A DNA stretch of 49,109 nt from Planctomycetaceae bacterium (GCA_031274255.1 JAISQK010000268.1:1-49109), one strand, 5' to 3'. Counted from the stretch's first letter, positions 9,638-19,622 are shown. The notes: a model not told the origin generated them from the sequence alone. Made by a program: numbers and translations.

Positions 9638-9853
9638 ATGAGCAAGGTTTACATTGATTTTGACCCGAAAGAGAATTTTCCCAAAGGGGACGACCTGTTC
9701 TATGAATGCCGTTCCTGCGGAATCGAGATTCCTTCTGCACCGCAGGAGAACCTTTGCTGTAAGTGTTTTAACATTTTTTACGATGTGGACGAAGACAAAT
9801 TCACTGTCGGAGACATCGCCAATATTGCACTGTTTCGCAAAAACACCACATGA
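9638..9853 (+). CDS. small zinc-ribbon-like protein (hypothetical)
   Basis: The 71-aa product has two Cys pairs (CRSCG ... CCKC). A good RBS aggag lies 8 nt upstream. Confidence 0.45.
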   Translation: MSKVYIDFDPKENFPKGDDLFYECRSCGIEIPSAPQENLCCKCFNIFYDVDEDKFTVGDIANIALFRKNTT

Positions 9854-9862
9854 ATTTCAATT

Positions 9863-11104
9863 ATGCATGATGAAAAGACTGAGGAATTCCCCTTGTTGAA
9901 GAAGGATTCTTTCCATGACGGTTCCGTACTCCCCGAAATCCCGGCGGAGGTGGTTCCTGTACCGCCGCAGCCGGTGCCGATGGTCACGAAAACAAGTACG
10001 TTTTCTCTTTTGATTTTCGTGTTATGCTTTCTTCTGGCAATTTTCCTTATTCCGTCGTTAGCGTATCAGATTGATTACGCACTGACCAGCGGTTCAGAAA
10101 AAGCCAAGGCGGATGTCGCCCGTGAACTTCTCAAGGAGTTTCCCGACACCGACCGTATCGTCCCCTGGGTGGTGAAGTCAATCCGTCCCAGTGTTGTCGG
10201 AATCCAGCAGGTGGTGCGGGGAGAGGTTCGTTACCGCGGCGGACGGGTTCAGCAGTTTGAAATGCCCGACAACGAAGGAAGCGGTGTCATCGTTGACCCG
10301 GAAGGTTATGTGATCACGAATTATCACGTGATTCGTGACGCACAGGCTCTTTCGGTGCTTCTTAGCGATGACCGGCGGATCAGCGGGGAACGGGTTACGG
10401 TGGCGGGGTTCGATCAGGAGGCGGACATTGCCGTATTGAAGATTGATCTTTCCGAACTGACCGCCATGCCCTGGGGAAACAGTGATAAGCTTGAAGTCGG
10501 AGAAGCGGTGCTTGCCATCGGCAATCCGTACGGACTTTTTCAAACCGTCACAGCGGGAATCATTAGCGGTAAAGAGAGATATAGTGCGGATTCCTCTTAC
10601 AAATTGCAGGAATTTCTCCAGACGGACGCGGCGGTCAATCCGGGAAACAGCGGCGGACCGCTCATCAATCTCAAAGGGGAACTGGTCGGAATCAACACCG
10701 CCATTTACGGGGAAGCGTATCAGGGCATCAGTTTTGCGATTCCAAGTGCTTTAGTGAAAAGGATTTATGAGGAAATCCGCAAAAACGGGAGAGTGACTTA
10801 CGGCTGGCTCGGCATCAATATGTCGCCGTATCCGGTGACGGAAACGCTTGATCCGGGAAGTGAACGGCGGATCGGAGTCGAAATCAATCAGGTGGTGGAA
10901 GATTCTCCGGCGTCGAAAAGCGGTCTTCATGCCGGAGACATTATCACCAATTGGAACGGTCAGGAAATCCGTGATTTCAAACAGCTTCATCACTCGATTC
11001 TTTTCACAAAGCCGGACTCGGAAGTCACCGTGAAGGTGTTACGGGAAAAAGAACCTCGTGAATTCCGCGTTGTCGTCGGCAAACGTCCCATGCGGCGGCG
11101 GTGA
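9863..11104 (+). CDS. HtrA/DegP-family trypsin-like serine protease with PDZ domain
   Basis: The catalytic triad context is present (ITNYHVI; DIAVLKI; GNSGGPLIN). A C-terminal PDZ domain is present. There is an N-terminal TM anchor. Confidence 0.9.
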   Translation: MHDEKTEEFPLLKKDSFHDGSVLPEIPAEVVPVPPQPVPMVTKTSTFSLLIFVLCFLLAIFLIPSLAYQIDYALTSGSEKAKADVARELLKEFPDTDRIVPWVVKSIRPSVVGIQQVVRGEVRYRGGRVQQFEMPDNEGSGVIVDPEGYVITNYHVIRDAQALSVLLSDDRRISGERVTVAGFDQEADIAVLKIDLSELTAMPWGNSDKLEVGEAVLAIGNPYGLFQTVTAGIISGKERYSADSSYKLQEFLQTDAAVNPGNSGGPLINLKGELVGINTAIYGEAYQGISFAIPSALVKRIYEEIRKNGRVTYGWLGINMSPYPVTETLDPGSERRIGVEINQVVEDSPASKSGLHAGDIITNWNGQEIRDFKQLHHSILFTKPDSEVTVKVLREKEPREFRVVVGKRPMRRR

Positions 11105-11202
11105 CAAATCCTCAAGGACCGTCTCCAACGTCGTTTCCCTAATATTCACCAAGTTAGTGTTATTTTTTTGACTTCACTCATTTTAGCATGAAAGGGTTTG
11201 TT

Positions 11203-11514
11203 ATGAAATTTGCCCATGTAGGAATTCCAACAGCGCAGGAAAAAAACTGGTCGGCGTATCTTGCGGAATCGAAACTTCACATCACCGATGCGGAAGCCGA
11301 TCCGTTTCAGATTGAATGGTTGAAATTTGAAGCAGGAAGTCCGATGCCGGAGGAATTGAAAGACCGTGCGCATCTTGCTTATTTTGTCGACGATCTTGCG
11401 GCGGAATTGGCCGGAAAAACGATTCTGATTGAACCGTTTTCACCGATGTCCGGGCTGAAATGTGCGTTTATCATGCACGGAGAAGTCCCCATCGAACTGA
11501 TGCAGAAGGTCTGA
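11203..11514 (+). CDS. small hypothetical protein (possibly VOC/glyoxalase-like)
   Basis: Only the ORF and its position support this call; there are no strong motifs. The start is uncertain (ATG at 11188 or 11203). Confidence 0.35.
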   Translation: MKFAHVGIPTAQEKNWSAYLAESKLHITDAEADPFQIEWLKFEAGSPMPEELKDRAHLAYFVDDLAAELAGKTILIEPFSPMSGLKCAFIMHGEVPIELMQKV

Positions 11515-11719
11515 TTTTTGCGGATTTTTTGCGGATTGGCTGAAACTTTTGCGATTTTCGGGGGTTTCATTACCCTGTCGGAAGGGATAGTGAGCGTTTG
11601 CGAACTATTCATGAAGATATTCCGCAGTGCGTTCCCCTCATAACGTGCTGCGGTTTTTTGTACCATCGGGAAATATTCCGATTCAAAACATCAACAAATC
11701 AAAACAAGGAATTTTATAC

Positions 11720-12880
11720 ATGTCCCGATATTGGATGCTCCTGTTATGGATTTTTCTGTTTGTGACACCGTTATCCGCGGAGGAAAACGGCAATGTTTCC
11801 CAAATTCCCGCGACACTCGAAGAGGCCGGAACAGCCGATGAGGTGTACGCTTATATCAATCATGTCTTTGCGGAAATGCAAAAAAAGATCAAGACGGAAG
11901 AGGACCAGAAACAGTTCTTTGCCGACTATCCTCCCTTTGCGGTAGCGGCGGCGGATAAAATCCTTGCTCTGAGTGCTGAGAATGACGAAATGCTTGAAAC
12001 CGGATACGGCATCAAGTTGTATGCCCTGAGTCTGCTTTGCCGCGCGGCTCCTGAGAATGATGAGAATAAATCGAAACTTCGTGCGGTAACCGAAGAGGTG
12101 AAAAAACTCGGCAAATTCCCTGAACTGATGAAGAGTCAGCGTATTGACGATTTTTACAGCCGTCTTCAAACTCTTGAGGCCAAGACACTTTCTCAGGAGG
12201 ATTTTGACAAATCCAAGGAAGAGGCCAGGGAATTATTGGTTTCCAAGACAAAAGGCTATTCCGCCGCAGGTCCGGTACGGCAAATACTTGAGTTGGCCGG
12301 AGAGATTGAGGACACTCAGAACAAGTCCGGCTTTCTTGAAGCAACCTTGAATGAAATCATTGAATGGGTGAAGTCCGACCGGTTCCTTTCCGTTTACAGC
12401 AAGGAAGCGTCTGAAAAAACGGAAAAACAATTACGGGGTTACTGCCGCCGTCTTGTCGGGTGTCCGTTTGAGCTGTACGGCAAAACCGTTGACGACCAAG
12501 ATTTTTCCTGGGAGGATTATAAAGACAAGACCGTCCTGATTGATTTCACCGCTTCCTGGTGCGGGCCGTGCCGTGCGGAAATGCCGAATCTGCTGGAGGT
12601 GTACGGCAAATATCACGGCAAGGGTTTTGAGATCATTTCCGTCGGCATTTGGGACGGTACGGAGAATCTGAAAAAACAGATTGAGGAGGACAAAATCCCC
12701 TGGCCGATGGTTTCGGAGGAACTGCAAAAGGATAAAAACCGTGAGCTTCCGCACGAATACTACGGTATAGAAGGTGTGCCGACCATTTTCCTTGTCAAAG
12801 ACGGAAAGATTATCGCAACCGGTCTGCGGGGGCCTGTGTTGTATTCCCGAGTCGCAAAACTGTTTGAGGAAAAAGAGTGA
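11720..12880 (+). CDS. TlpA-like thiol-disulfide oxidoreductase (thioredoxin fold), secreted
   Basis: A signal peptide MSRYWMLLLWIFLFVTPLSA is present. The redox motif FTASWCGPCRAEMP (WCGPC) is present. Confidence 0.85.
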   Translation: MSRYWMLLLWIFLFVTPLSAEENGNVSQIPATLEEAGTADEVYAYINHVFAEMQKKIKTEEDQKQFFADYPPFAVAAADKILALSAENDEMLETGYGIKLYALSLLCRAAPENDENKSKLRAVTEEVKKLGKFPELMKSQRIDDFYSRLQTLEAKTLSQEDFDKSKEEARELLVSKTKGYSAAGPVRQILELAGEIEDTQNKSGFLEATLNEIIEWVKSDRFLSVYSKEASEKTEKQLRGYCRRLVGCPFELYGKTVDDQDFSWEDYKDKTVLIDFTASWCGPCRAEMPNLLEVYGKYHGKGFEIISVGIWDGTENLKKQIEEDKIPWPMVSEELQKDKNRELPHEYYGIEGVPTIFLVKDGKIIATGLRGPVLYSRVAKLFEEKE

Positions 12881-12958
12881 CCGCTTGCCGTATGTCGTAA
12901 CAGTTGCCGTGTGTCGTTTCAAACCGGCATCAATTTCCCTTTTTCATCGGAGCTTCGA

Positions 12959-14686
12959 ATGCAGCGTTCCCCACGAACCGGTACGGTGATTGTTTTGGTG
13001 CTGGTGGTCATTGCCATTTTGACGCTGGCCGCACTGACGTTTTCGGAACTGATGCTTTCCGAGCGGCGCGGTGCGGACTTTTCCGTGCGTAAAACGCAGG
13101 TGCGGTTGTTCGCCGAATCGGGAATCGAAGCCGTACGGATGGCGTTACTGTTGGACGGCGACGACAAGGAAGACTTCGGTGAGTTTTACGACAATCCCGA
13201 TCAATTCTGCGGCGTTCTCGTGACCGATTCCCTGACCGACCCTCGTGATGTGGGACGTTTCAGCGTATTGGCTCCCGGACTGGATGAAGACGGTCTCTTT
13301 TCCGATGTCCGGTATGGTCTGCTCGACGAGTCGTCCAAATGGAATCTGCGTCTGGTGATGGAGTACGAAACACTTCAACCGGGAACGGGCCGGACACTTT
13401 TGACGGGACTTCCCGGCGTGGATGAGACTATTGCGGACGCCGTTCTCGACTGGTTGGATGAAGACGATGAACCCCGTGAATACGGTTATGAGCACGATTA
13501 TTACGAATCGCTCGACAGACCCTATTCTCCGCGGAACGGTATGGTTGCGTCCATTGAGGAACTGCTGCTCGTGGAAGGAGTCACACCGGGGCTGTTGTAC
13601 GGGGCCGACTGGAATCAAAACGGGATGATTGATCTTGCGGAGCCGGACGGTGAAACGATCGACGAAGATTACGACAACAGCGACCACCGGCTTGATTGCG
13701 GACTGATTTCGCTGCTCACCATTGACAGTAAGGAGGCCGATACCGATTCCGCCGTCACCTCTTCCGGTACCGGCAGTACGTCGCGGGTTTATGTCAATGC
13801 GGACGACCTCACGTCGCTGCAGTCGGAACTGAATACGGCCTTGGGAAACGAGTCTTATGTCAATTACATTCTCGCCTACCGGCTTTTCGGCACGACCGGA
13901 ATACTCGCGGATTCCGAGGAAACCGCCACATTGCCTTCCTCACAGGGGAACACCGCTTCGTCTCCGCCGTCTTCTTCGCAGTCTTCCGGTTCCGGTCAAC
14001 AGAATCAGCAGACGGGAAATAATCAGGAGGGGGAACAAAACGGAACAGCCTCCAATCAGCTTGACCTTTCTCAAACGCCGAAAGCACGAATCAACAGTCC
14101 GTTTGACCTCATCGGCGGTGCGCTTCAGGTGCAGTATTCCGGGCAAACCGCGACCGCCACGCTTCCGTCGCCGTTTACGGAAGATTTGGAGTCCATGGCA
14201 GGATATTTGCCGACGCTGATTCAGACACTCAAGTTTTCAGAAAATGCGGCATCGGCACGGATTAACATCAATGAAGCGTCGCGCGGTGTTTTGCAGGCGA
14301 TTCCCGGCATGACCGACGACGCTCTTGAGGCGGTTCTGACAAACCGGCTGCCCGATCCGATTGACGCGGAAGAGACCGAGGAAATGGCGACTTATGCCTG
14401 GCCGATTCTGCTGGAACTGGTTGACCTCGACACGATGAAAAAGATCGGCCCGTTTCTCTCGCAGCCGGGAACCGTCAAGTCGGCACAGATTGTCGGACGG
14501 TTTGATTCGCGAAGTCCTGTTGCGCGGCTGAAAGTTCTCTTCGACACCTCGGAACAGCCTGCCAAAATATTGCGTGTGACGGATTTGTCCGACCTCGGCC
14601 CGGGCTATTCGCCGGATTTGCTTGGTGTCTATGAAGATTCGCCGTCCATTTTTTCCACCGGTATTGCCGTGACCGAAAATCGATAG
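12959..14686 (+). CDS. type II secretion minor pseudopilin GspK-like protein
   Basis: An N-terminal pilin-like hydrophobic segment is present (RTGTVIVLVLVVIAILTLAALTFSE). The C-terminus has helix-hairpin-helix-like ININEASRGVLQAIPGMTDDALEAVL, as in GspK. A low-complexity S/Q/G linker is present. No gspG/H/I/J genes are adjacent. Confidence 0.55.
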   Translation: MQRSPRTGTVIVLVLVVIAILTLAALTFSELMLSERRGADFSVRKTQVRLFAESGIEAVRMALLLDGDDKEDFGEFYDNPDQFCGVLVTDSLTDPRDVGRFSVLAPGLDEDGLFSDVRYGLLDESSKWNLRLVMEYETLQPGTGRTLLTGLPGVDETIADAVLDWLDEDDEPREYGYEHDYYESLDRPYSPRNGMVASIEELLLVEGVTPGLLYGADWNQNGMIDLAEPDGETIDEDYDNSDHRLDCGLISLLTIDSKEADTDSAVTSSGTGSTSRVYVNADDLTSLQSELNTALGNESYVNYILAYRLFGTTGILADSEETATLPSSQGNTASSPPSSSQSSGSGQQNQQTGNNQEGEQNGTASNQLDLSQTPKARINSPFDLIGGALQVQYSGQTATATLPSPFTEDLESMAGYLPTLIQTLKFSENAASARININEASRGVLQAIPGMTDDALEAVLTNRLPDPIDAEETEEMATYAWPILLELVDLDTMKKIGPFLSQPGTVKSAQIVGRFDSRSPVARLKVLFDTSEQPAKILRVTDLSDLGPGYSPDLLGVYEDSPSIFSTGIAVTENR

Positions 14687-14691
14687 CTTGG

Positions 14692-15504
14692 TCATCCGGC
14701 GGTGCGTTTTGCTCTCCAAAGCTGTAAAAGGTTGATCAGAAGCAACAGGACAAACGACACAATCAGCATAAAAACCGCGATGGCGACAGCTCCGGTGAAG
14801 TCGTACTGTTCCAGCCGGATGAAAATCAGCAGCGGGACGATTTCAGTCTTGTACGGCATGTTGCCGGCGATGAAAATCACACTGCCGTATTCACCGACCG
14901 CCCTTGCAAAGGCCATCGTGAAACCGGTCAGGAGTGCCGGGAGGAGACCGGGAAACAGCACTTTCCAAAAGGTCTGCCACCGCGTGGCGCCGAGACTTGC
15001 CGACGCTTCCTCAAGTTCTTTCTCAAGACCGGTAAGAGCAGGCTGCATTGTCCGGACAACAAACGGAAGTCCGATAAAAGTCAGCGCGACAAAAATCCCA
15101 AGCGGCGTTTCGGTGACCTGGACGGGAAGAAAACGTCCGAACCATCCCTGCTCCGAGTAAAGCATGCTTAAAGTGATTCCAGAGACCGCCGTGGGCACCG
15201 CAAAGGGAAGATCAATCATTGCGTCAAAGAATCTGCGTCCGGGAAAGGTGTACCGCACAAGCACCCAGGCGGCAATAAATCCGAAAAAGGCGTTCGCCAG
15301 CGCCGCCAGGAAGGAAATCCCGAATGTCACGCGGAACGCCGCCGTCACACGAGGGTCGCCGATGATCTCGCGGAACTCCTGCCAGCTCATGCCGGTCAGA
15401 TGGAGGAACAAACCAGCCAGCGGAATCAATACAATCAATCCCAGATAGCTCAGCGTGAACCCCATCGTTATCCCGAAACCGGGAAGTATGTTTTTCTTTC
15501 TCAT
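14692..15504 (-). CDS. cysT: sulfate/thiosulfate ABC transporter permease CysT-like
   Basis: The ABC permease EAA-like motif LEEASASLGATRWQTFWKVLFP is present. Six TM segments are predicted. No partner ATPase, second permease or binding protein is adjacent. Confidence 0.75.
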   Translation of the reverse strand: MRKKNILPGFGITMGFTLSYLGLIVLIPLAGLFLHLTGMSWQEFREIIGDPRVTAAFRVTFGISFLAALANAFFGFIAAWVLVRYTFPGRRFFDAMIDLPFAVPTAVSGITLSMLYSEQGWFGRFLPVQVTETPLGIFVALTFIGLPFVVRTMQPALTGLEKELEEASASLGATRWQTFWKVLFPGLLPALLTGFTMAFARAVGEYGSVIFIAGNMPYKTEIVPLLIFIRLEQYDFTGAVAIAVFMLIVSFVLLLLINLLQLWRAKRTAG

Positions 15505-15607
15505 CTTATCCGACAGGCTGTCCTTCCGCGGTGAAGATGAAACGAAACGTTTCCGAAACGAATGTCTGGTCCATTACAGGGTGGCAGATTTCTTCATCAT
15601 ATAAAAT

Positions 15608-16588
15608 TCAGGATAATGATGCTTTCTGTTTACGCTTCCACCCCCAACCGGCAAGTCCGCAGCTTCCAAGCGTCCAGAGCAAAAGGATTCCCGGCTCCGG
15701 TGTTGAGCCGCCGCCCAGCGGAGTCATGGGAGTAATGTAGAGAAGGTCCTGTGCCGTTGCACCATTTTGAGTGACATTCATCACAAAAATACTATAGTCT
15801 CCGATAAAATCATAATACGCACTTGGGTCATAGGTTTGCATCCAGAATGCGTTGGCTTCGGTGATATCGCTGAGACCCAGATTTCGGATTGCATATTGAT
15901 TTAACAGATACGTATAACCGGATGCGTTAGACGGTACGTCATCAATTATTCCCAAGTAGTACAAAACCGCGGCTCTCAGCCAGATAATGTCGGATTCCCG
16001 ACCTGCCAGTCCGCCTTCTCCCCACATGAAGCCACCCTGACCGTAGATTTCCTGCCCGACGGAATTGATTTGTTCCGTTGCATACATTTTGTAGAGAAAA
16101 GCGGCGCCAAGCGTCAGCGCATTACCATCCGAGGTTTTGGTCTGCCCGTTGGAATAGTTCAGTGTTCCTGTGGCATTAACTCCTCTGGTGGTTGTTCGGT
16201 TGGGAGAAACACAAAATGTTGAAAAATATTCCGAGCCGGGAGCGGCAGGATTCACTCCTCCCCAAGTATCATCCCTGGTGACTCCCGCCATGTTTACCCT
16301 GTATCCATAACCGCCTGACCTTCCGTAAGCGGAAGTATTTGCAAACTGCGTCCCTCTGTTCTGAACCCATACCTCGCCGGCAGCAAGCAAAGGAGGAAGA
16401 TCAGTACGGGGGGAATAAGTGGGATATTCCGGAGAGGTATGATCGAAAACGAGCCCCCTTCCGTTATTCATTGAATTGAACTCACTTACCGCTTGAGCGG
16501 CATCAAAATCGGCAAATGCCGGTTTTCCGGCGGAGAACAGACCGGCAACGGCTGTCAAAACAGCACAACACACTATCATTCGTTTCAT
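15608..16588 (-). CDS. PEP-CTERM sorting-domain protein, secreted
   Basis: A signal peptide MKRMIVCCAVLTAVAGLFSA is present. The C-terminus reads TPEPGILLLWTLGSCGLAGWGWKRKQK, which is a PEP motif followed by a TM helix and a basic tail. Confidence 0.7.
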   Translation of the reverse strand: MKRMIVCCAVLTAVAGLFSAGKPAFADFDAAQAVSEFNSMNNGRGLVFDHTSPEYPTYSPRTDLPPLLAAGEVWVQNRGTQFANTSAYGRSGGYGYRVNMAGVTRDDTWGGVNPAAPGSEYFSTFCVSPNRTTTRGVNATGTLNYSNGQTKTSDGNALTLGAAFLYKMYATEQINSVGQEIYGQGGFMWGEGGLAGRESDIIWLRAAVLYYLGIIDDVPSNASGYTYLLNQYAIRNLGLSDITEANAFWMQTYDPSAYYDFIGDYSIFVMNVTQNGATAQDLLYITPMTPLGGGSTPEPGILLLWTLGSCGLAGWGWKRKQKASLS

Positions 16589-16784
16589 AGCAATTTCCCA
16601 TATGGTTAAAGTGAACGGCTTGTCTAAAGAGCTAACAGCCTCTATTATAACCAAAGTCGTATTCTTATACAAGTAAAAATTTCATTTTCTTACATTTTTT
16701 GTATTCAATGGCAATTCAAATGAAGTTCATTAACTTAATAACTGTTGTTTCCGCCGCAGACGGTTTTTCCAATAGATCGAAATC

Positions 16785-17411
16785 TCATGAGTTGACGGCG
16801 GCCCAAGTCAGTCCTTCGATGGCGGTTTTTGCATAGAAATCAATTCCGGCACTTTTGGCCATCAGTTCGCTGGCGGCGGCACCTCCGACGCAAATTTTAA
16901 CGGAGTTCCGCAGATTCGCGTTCCGAATCGCTTCCATCGTGTCCATGACCGACTTGTAGCATGTCGTCAAAAGCAGACTCATTCCGAGGACATGCGGGCG
17001 GTGAATGCGGATTCCCTCAATGAATTGCTCCGGTGAAACATCAACCCCCAAATCAATCACATTGAAACCGCTGCTTCGGAAAACCATTGCGGTGATGTCT
17101 TTGCCGATGTCATGAATATCGTGCTGAACCGTGCCGATAATAATCGTTTTCCGGGACGCCGCGTTGTCGTTTTCCGATGTCATCAGCGGCTGAAGTTTCA
17201 ACATGACCTTTTTCATGATCATTCCGCCAAGCATCAGGTCTGGAATGAAAGCGTCGCCATGGTCGAAACGCTCCCCCAAAGCGATCATACCGGCATTGCA
17301 GACATCCACAATCACTTCCGCCGAAATGCCGCTGTCCAGCATTTCCTGAATTTTCTCCATGACAAACGGCTCGTCACAGTTTGCCATCGCGTCTTTAAGA
17401 TTCTCACTCAT
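16785..17411 (-). CDS. cobalamin (B12)-binding corrinoid protein (MtaC/MtbC-like)
   Basis: The DxHxxG motif is present (GTVQHDIHDIGKD). It has the Rossmann-like B12-binding domain with an N-terminal helical cap. Confidence 0.85.
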   Translation of the reverse strand: MSENLKDAMANCDEPFVMEKIQEMLDSGISAEVIVDVCNAGMIALGERFDHGDAFIPDLMLGGMIMKKVMLKLQPLMTSENDNAASRKTIIIGTVQHDIHDIGKDITAMVFRSSGFNVIDLGVDVSPEQFIEGIRIHRPHVLGMSLLLTTCYKSVMDTMEAIRNANLRNSVKICVGGAAASELMAKSAGIDFYAKTAIEGLTWAAVNS

Positions 17412-17503
17412 TTGTCCGTGTCTCTCTGTTCCACTTTCGGGGACTCGCAAAATTGCTTTTCAATAACCGGTCATTCCAATCACATCAGACGGTCAACACA
17501 CTG

Positions 17504-17677
17504 TCAAAACGACAGAAGACACTGCCACAGATAGTCGTAAGCTTCCGCGTCATTCTGCTCCCAGATGTTTTGGATCTGTTCCTCGTTTCCTTTGATTTCA
17601 CCGTACCGCTGTTTCGCTTCCTCCCAGGAAAGACAGGTTCCCGGCGGACGCTTGCACTGCTTTTTCTCTTCCGACAT
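17504..17677 (-). CDS. 57-aa small protein (not in the ORF track), hypothetical
   Basis: The product reads MSEEKKQCKRPPGTCLSWEEAKQRYGEIKGNEEQIQNIWEQNDAEAYDYLWQCLLSF. An RBS caggagtaaagcaATG is present. The ORF sits in the 250-nt gap between the methyltransferase and corrinoid genes on the same strand. Confidence 0.4.
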   Translation of the reverse strand: MSEEKKQCKRPPGTCLSWEEAKQRYGEIKGNEEQIQNIWEQNDAEAYDYLWQCLLSF

Positions 17678-17755
17678 TGCTTTACTCCTGTTTTAACGAA
17701 ACTTCTTGTTTAATCACCCATGGCTCGGCTTGATTGGACTTGATCCTGACAGGAT

Positions 17756-18949
17756 TCAATACTGCCCGAATTCACGGACGGCTTCGCACATCGTCCGGAG
17801 GTTTTCGATTTTCGTGTCGTCCTGCATGATGGCACTGGCGTCACAGATGTAACCGCCGTCCCCCGCGACGCCGTGAATCACCTTTTTGACATGTTCCCGT
17901 ATATCCTCCGGTGTCCCGAAGGCAAGCAGATCGTTCGGAATTCCGCCGCTGAGACAAAACTTGTGACCGACCTCACGGTGAACCTCAAAAATGTCGCCGC
18001 GGTCCACATGGTAGATGATACTCTGTTCGGGAAGCTCTTTGATGTATTTCAAGTTGGGATTCCATGTCCCTTCCGCGTAAAAAAGAGTCTGGATTCCGTC
18101 TTTCCAAAGCTCGCAAATGATGTGCTTCAGCGGCGGCCAGAAAAACTTCTCAAACTGCGACGGCGACAAAAACGGCACACATCCCCGATGCAGCCACAAT
18201 GCGACCGGAAGCTGTTTCGCCGGATCACTCGTCCGTTTGGCCACGTAAAGCAAGTGCGGTGTGAGAGCCTCACATGCCGCGGTCACTTTTTCCGGCTTCG
18301 TGAACATATCCATACAAAGGGCCCTGTAACCACGGAGTTTGTCGGCCAGAATGTCAAACGGCGACTTCAGTATTCCCGCGATAGCACAAGGTGTTCCCGT
18401 CTCGGAACGCAGACGGCTGATATGCGGTCCGTAAGCGTTAAAATAGTTTTTCATCGCCGCCATGCCGGAAAGAAGCGTGATATTGTTCGCGAACGTGTTC
18501 GGTTCGCCCGGCCCCTGAATGGTGTGCGTCACCCGCGGCAGCCAACGGTCGGCAAGAAACGCCGTCGGGTCTTCAATCAACTCGTCGTAATCCTCTTCCC
18601 GCATGTTCGCCCGATTTTCCGGCGGCTCAATATACTGAAAACCGGTCGTCGGCGGAATCTGAACTCCCGGCATGGCGTAATAGTTGAGTGCCGCGGATTG
18701 GACGAGTCCCGTCCAAACGTAAACCATGTTCGGCACGGTCGCGTCCCAGTCAAAATCGCGGCAGCACTTCAGCATGGCCTCAAACGCCAGATTGTAGTCC
18801 TGCGTAACATCCTGACAGGTCATACCGGCGTGCACCGCGGTCACCTCGGCGGCGAAAGGCCGGATCGGCACCATGTCCGGCTTGCCGTTGCGCATGGCCG
18901 TGAAATAACGGTTCATTTTCTGCTGATAAAGCGTTTCCATGTCAGACAT
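17756..18949 (-). CDS. uroporphyrinogen-decarboxylase (URO-D) family corrinoid methyltransferase (MtaA/CmuA/MtvB-like)
   Basis: The call rests on overall recalled URO-D/MtaA-family character and the adjacent corrinoid protein, with no single named motif. The 359-aa antisense ORF at 17873-18952 is a shadow ORF. Confidence 0.7.
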   Translation of the reverse strand: MSDMETLYQQKMNRYFTAMRNGKPDMVPIRPFAAEVTAVHAGMTCQDVTQDYNLAFEAMLKCCRDFDWDATVPNMVYVWTGLVQSAALNYYAMPGVQIPPTTGFQYIEPPENRANMREEDYDELIEDPTAFLADRWLPRVTHTIQGPGEPNTFANNITLLSGMAAMKNYFNAYGPHISRLRSETGTPCAIAGILKSPFDILADKLRGYRALCMDMFTKPEKVTAACEALTPHLLYVAKRTSDPAKQLPVALWLHRGCVPFLSPSQFEKFFWPPLKHIICELWKDGIQTLFYAEGTWNPNLKYIKELPEQSIIYHVDRGDIFEVHREVGHKFCLSGGIPNDLLAFGTPEDIREHVKKVIHGVAGDGGYICDASAIMQDDTKIENLRTMCEAVREFGQY

Positions 18950-19034
18950 TGATTTTCCTGGTTCTTCCTTTCGCAAAATACGGCAAATTTCAAAATACTG
19001 TAGCAATTATCGCAAAGAGAAACAGAAATGTCAA

Positions 19035-19373
19035 TCAACCGGTTGAAAAATTTTCTTCCGGTTCAACGACCACGGCGGTTCCGTAACAGTACAGTTCACT
19101 GGCACCCTGGGTGATCGCACTGGTTGTAAAACGCACATTGACGACCGCATTGGCTCCAAGTTGTTCCGCCTGCTGGATCATGCGGTTCATTGCCTGCCAG
19201 CGGCTTTCGTTGAGAAGTTCCGTGTAACCGGAAAGTTCTCCGCCGACAAGTCCTTTCAGTCCAGCGGCGATGTCGCGTCCGAGATGCTTGGCCCGGACGG
19301 TACTCCCCTGAACAAGTCCAAGCGTCTTTTGGACCCGGTAACCGGCCAAATAATCCGTGTTGACAGTAATCAT
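19035..19373 (-). CDS. ybjQ: YbjQ/UPF0145 family protein
   Basis: The product shows full-length similarity to the YbjQ family (GYRVQKTLGLVQG...GANAVVNVRF...YGTAV). Confidence 0.85.
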   Translation of the reverse strand: MITVNTDYLAGYRVQKTLGLVQGSTVRAKHLGRDIAAGLKGLVGGELSGYTELLNESRWQAMNRMIQQAEQLGANAVVNVRFTTSAITQGASELYCYGTAVVVEPEENFSTG

Positions 19374-19597
19374 AACAGTTTCCTTTCATCAATCATTAAA
19401 AAAAGTTCTTCGTCGGGAATAAGACGCCAACGTAAAACGGCAACGTAATACTCCCTGCAAACCAGAAAATTCATGGCGTTACAAAAGACTCCCAGTGCGA
19501 CAGCCGCAGCAATTCCTGTTACAAATAGACCAAAGAAAGCCGAAGTTCTGCCATATTTTTTTGTTTGGAAGGAATCGGTTGTTTTTTCTTCTGACAT
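19370..19597 (-). CDS. small membrane protein (hypothetical)
   Basis: The 75-aa product has one TM segment. Its stop overlaps the ybjQ start (ATGA). Confidence 0.35.
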   Translation of the reverse strand: MSEEKTTDSFQTKKYGRTSAFFGLFVTGIAAAVALGVFCNAMNFLVCREYYVAVLRWRLIPDEELFLMIDERKLL

Positions 19598-19622
19598 CTA
19601 ATATTTCCGTGAAATAGTCCAC

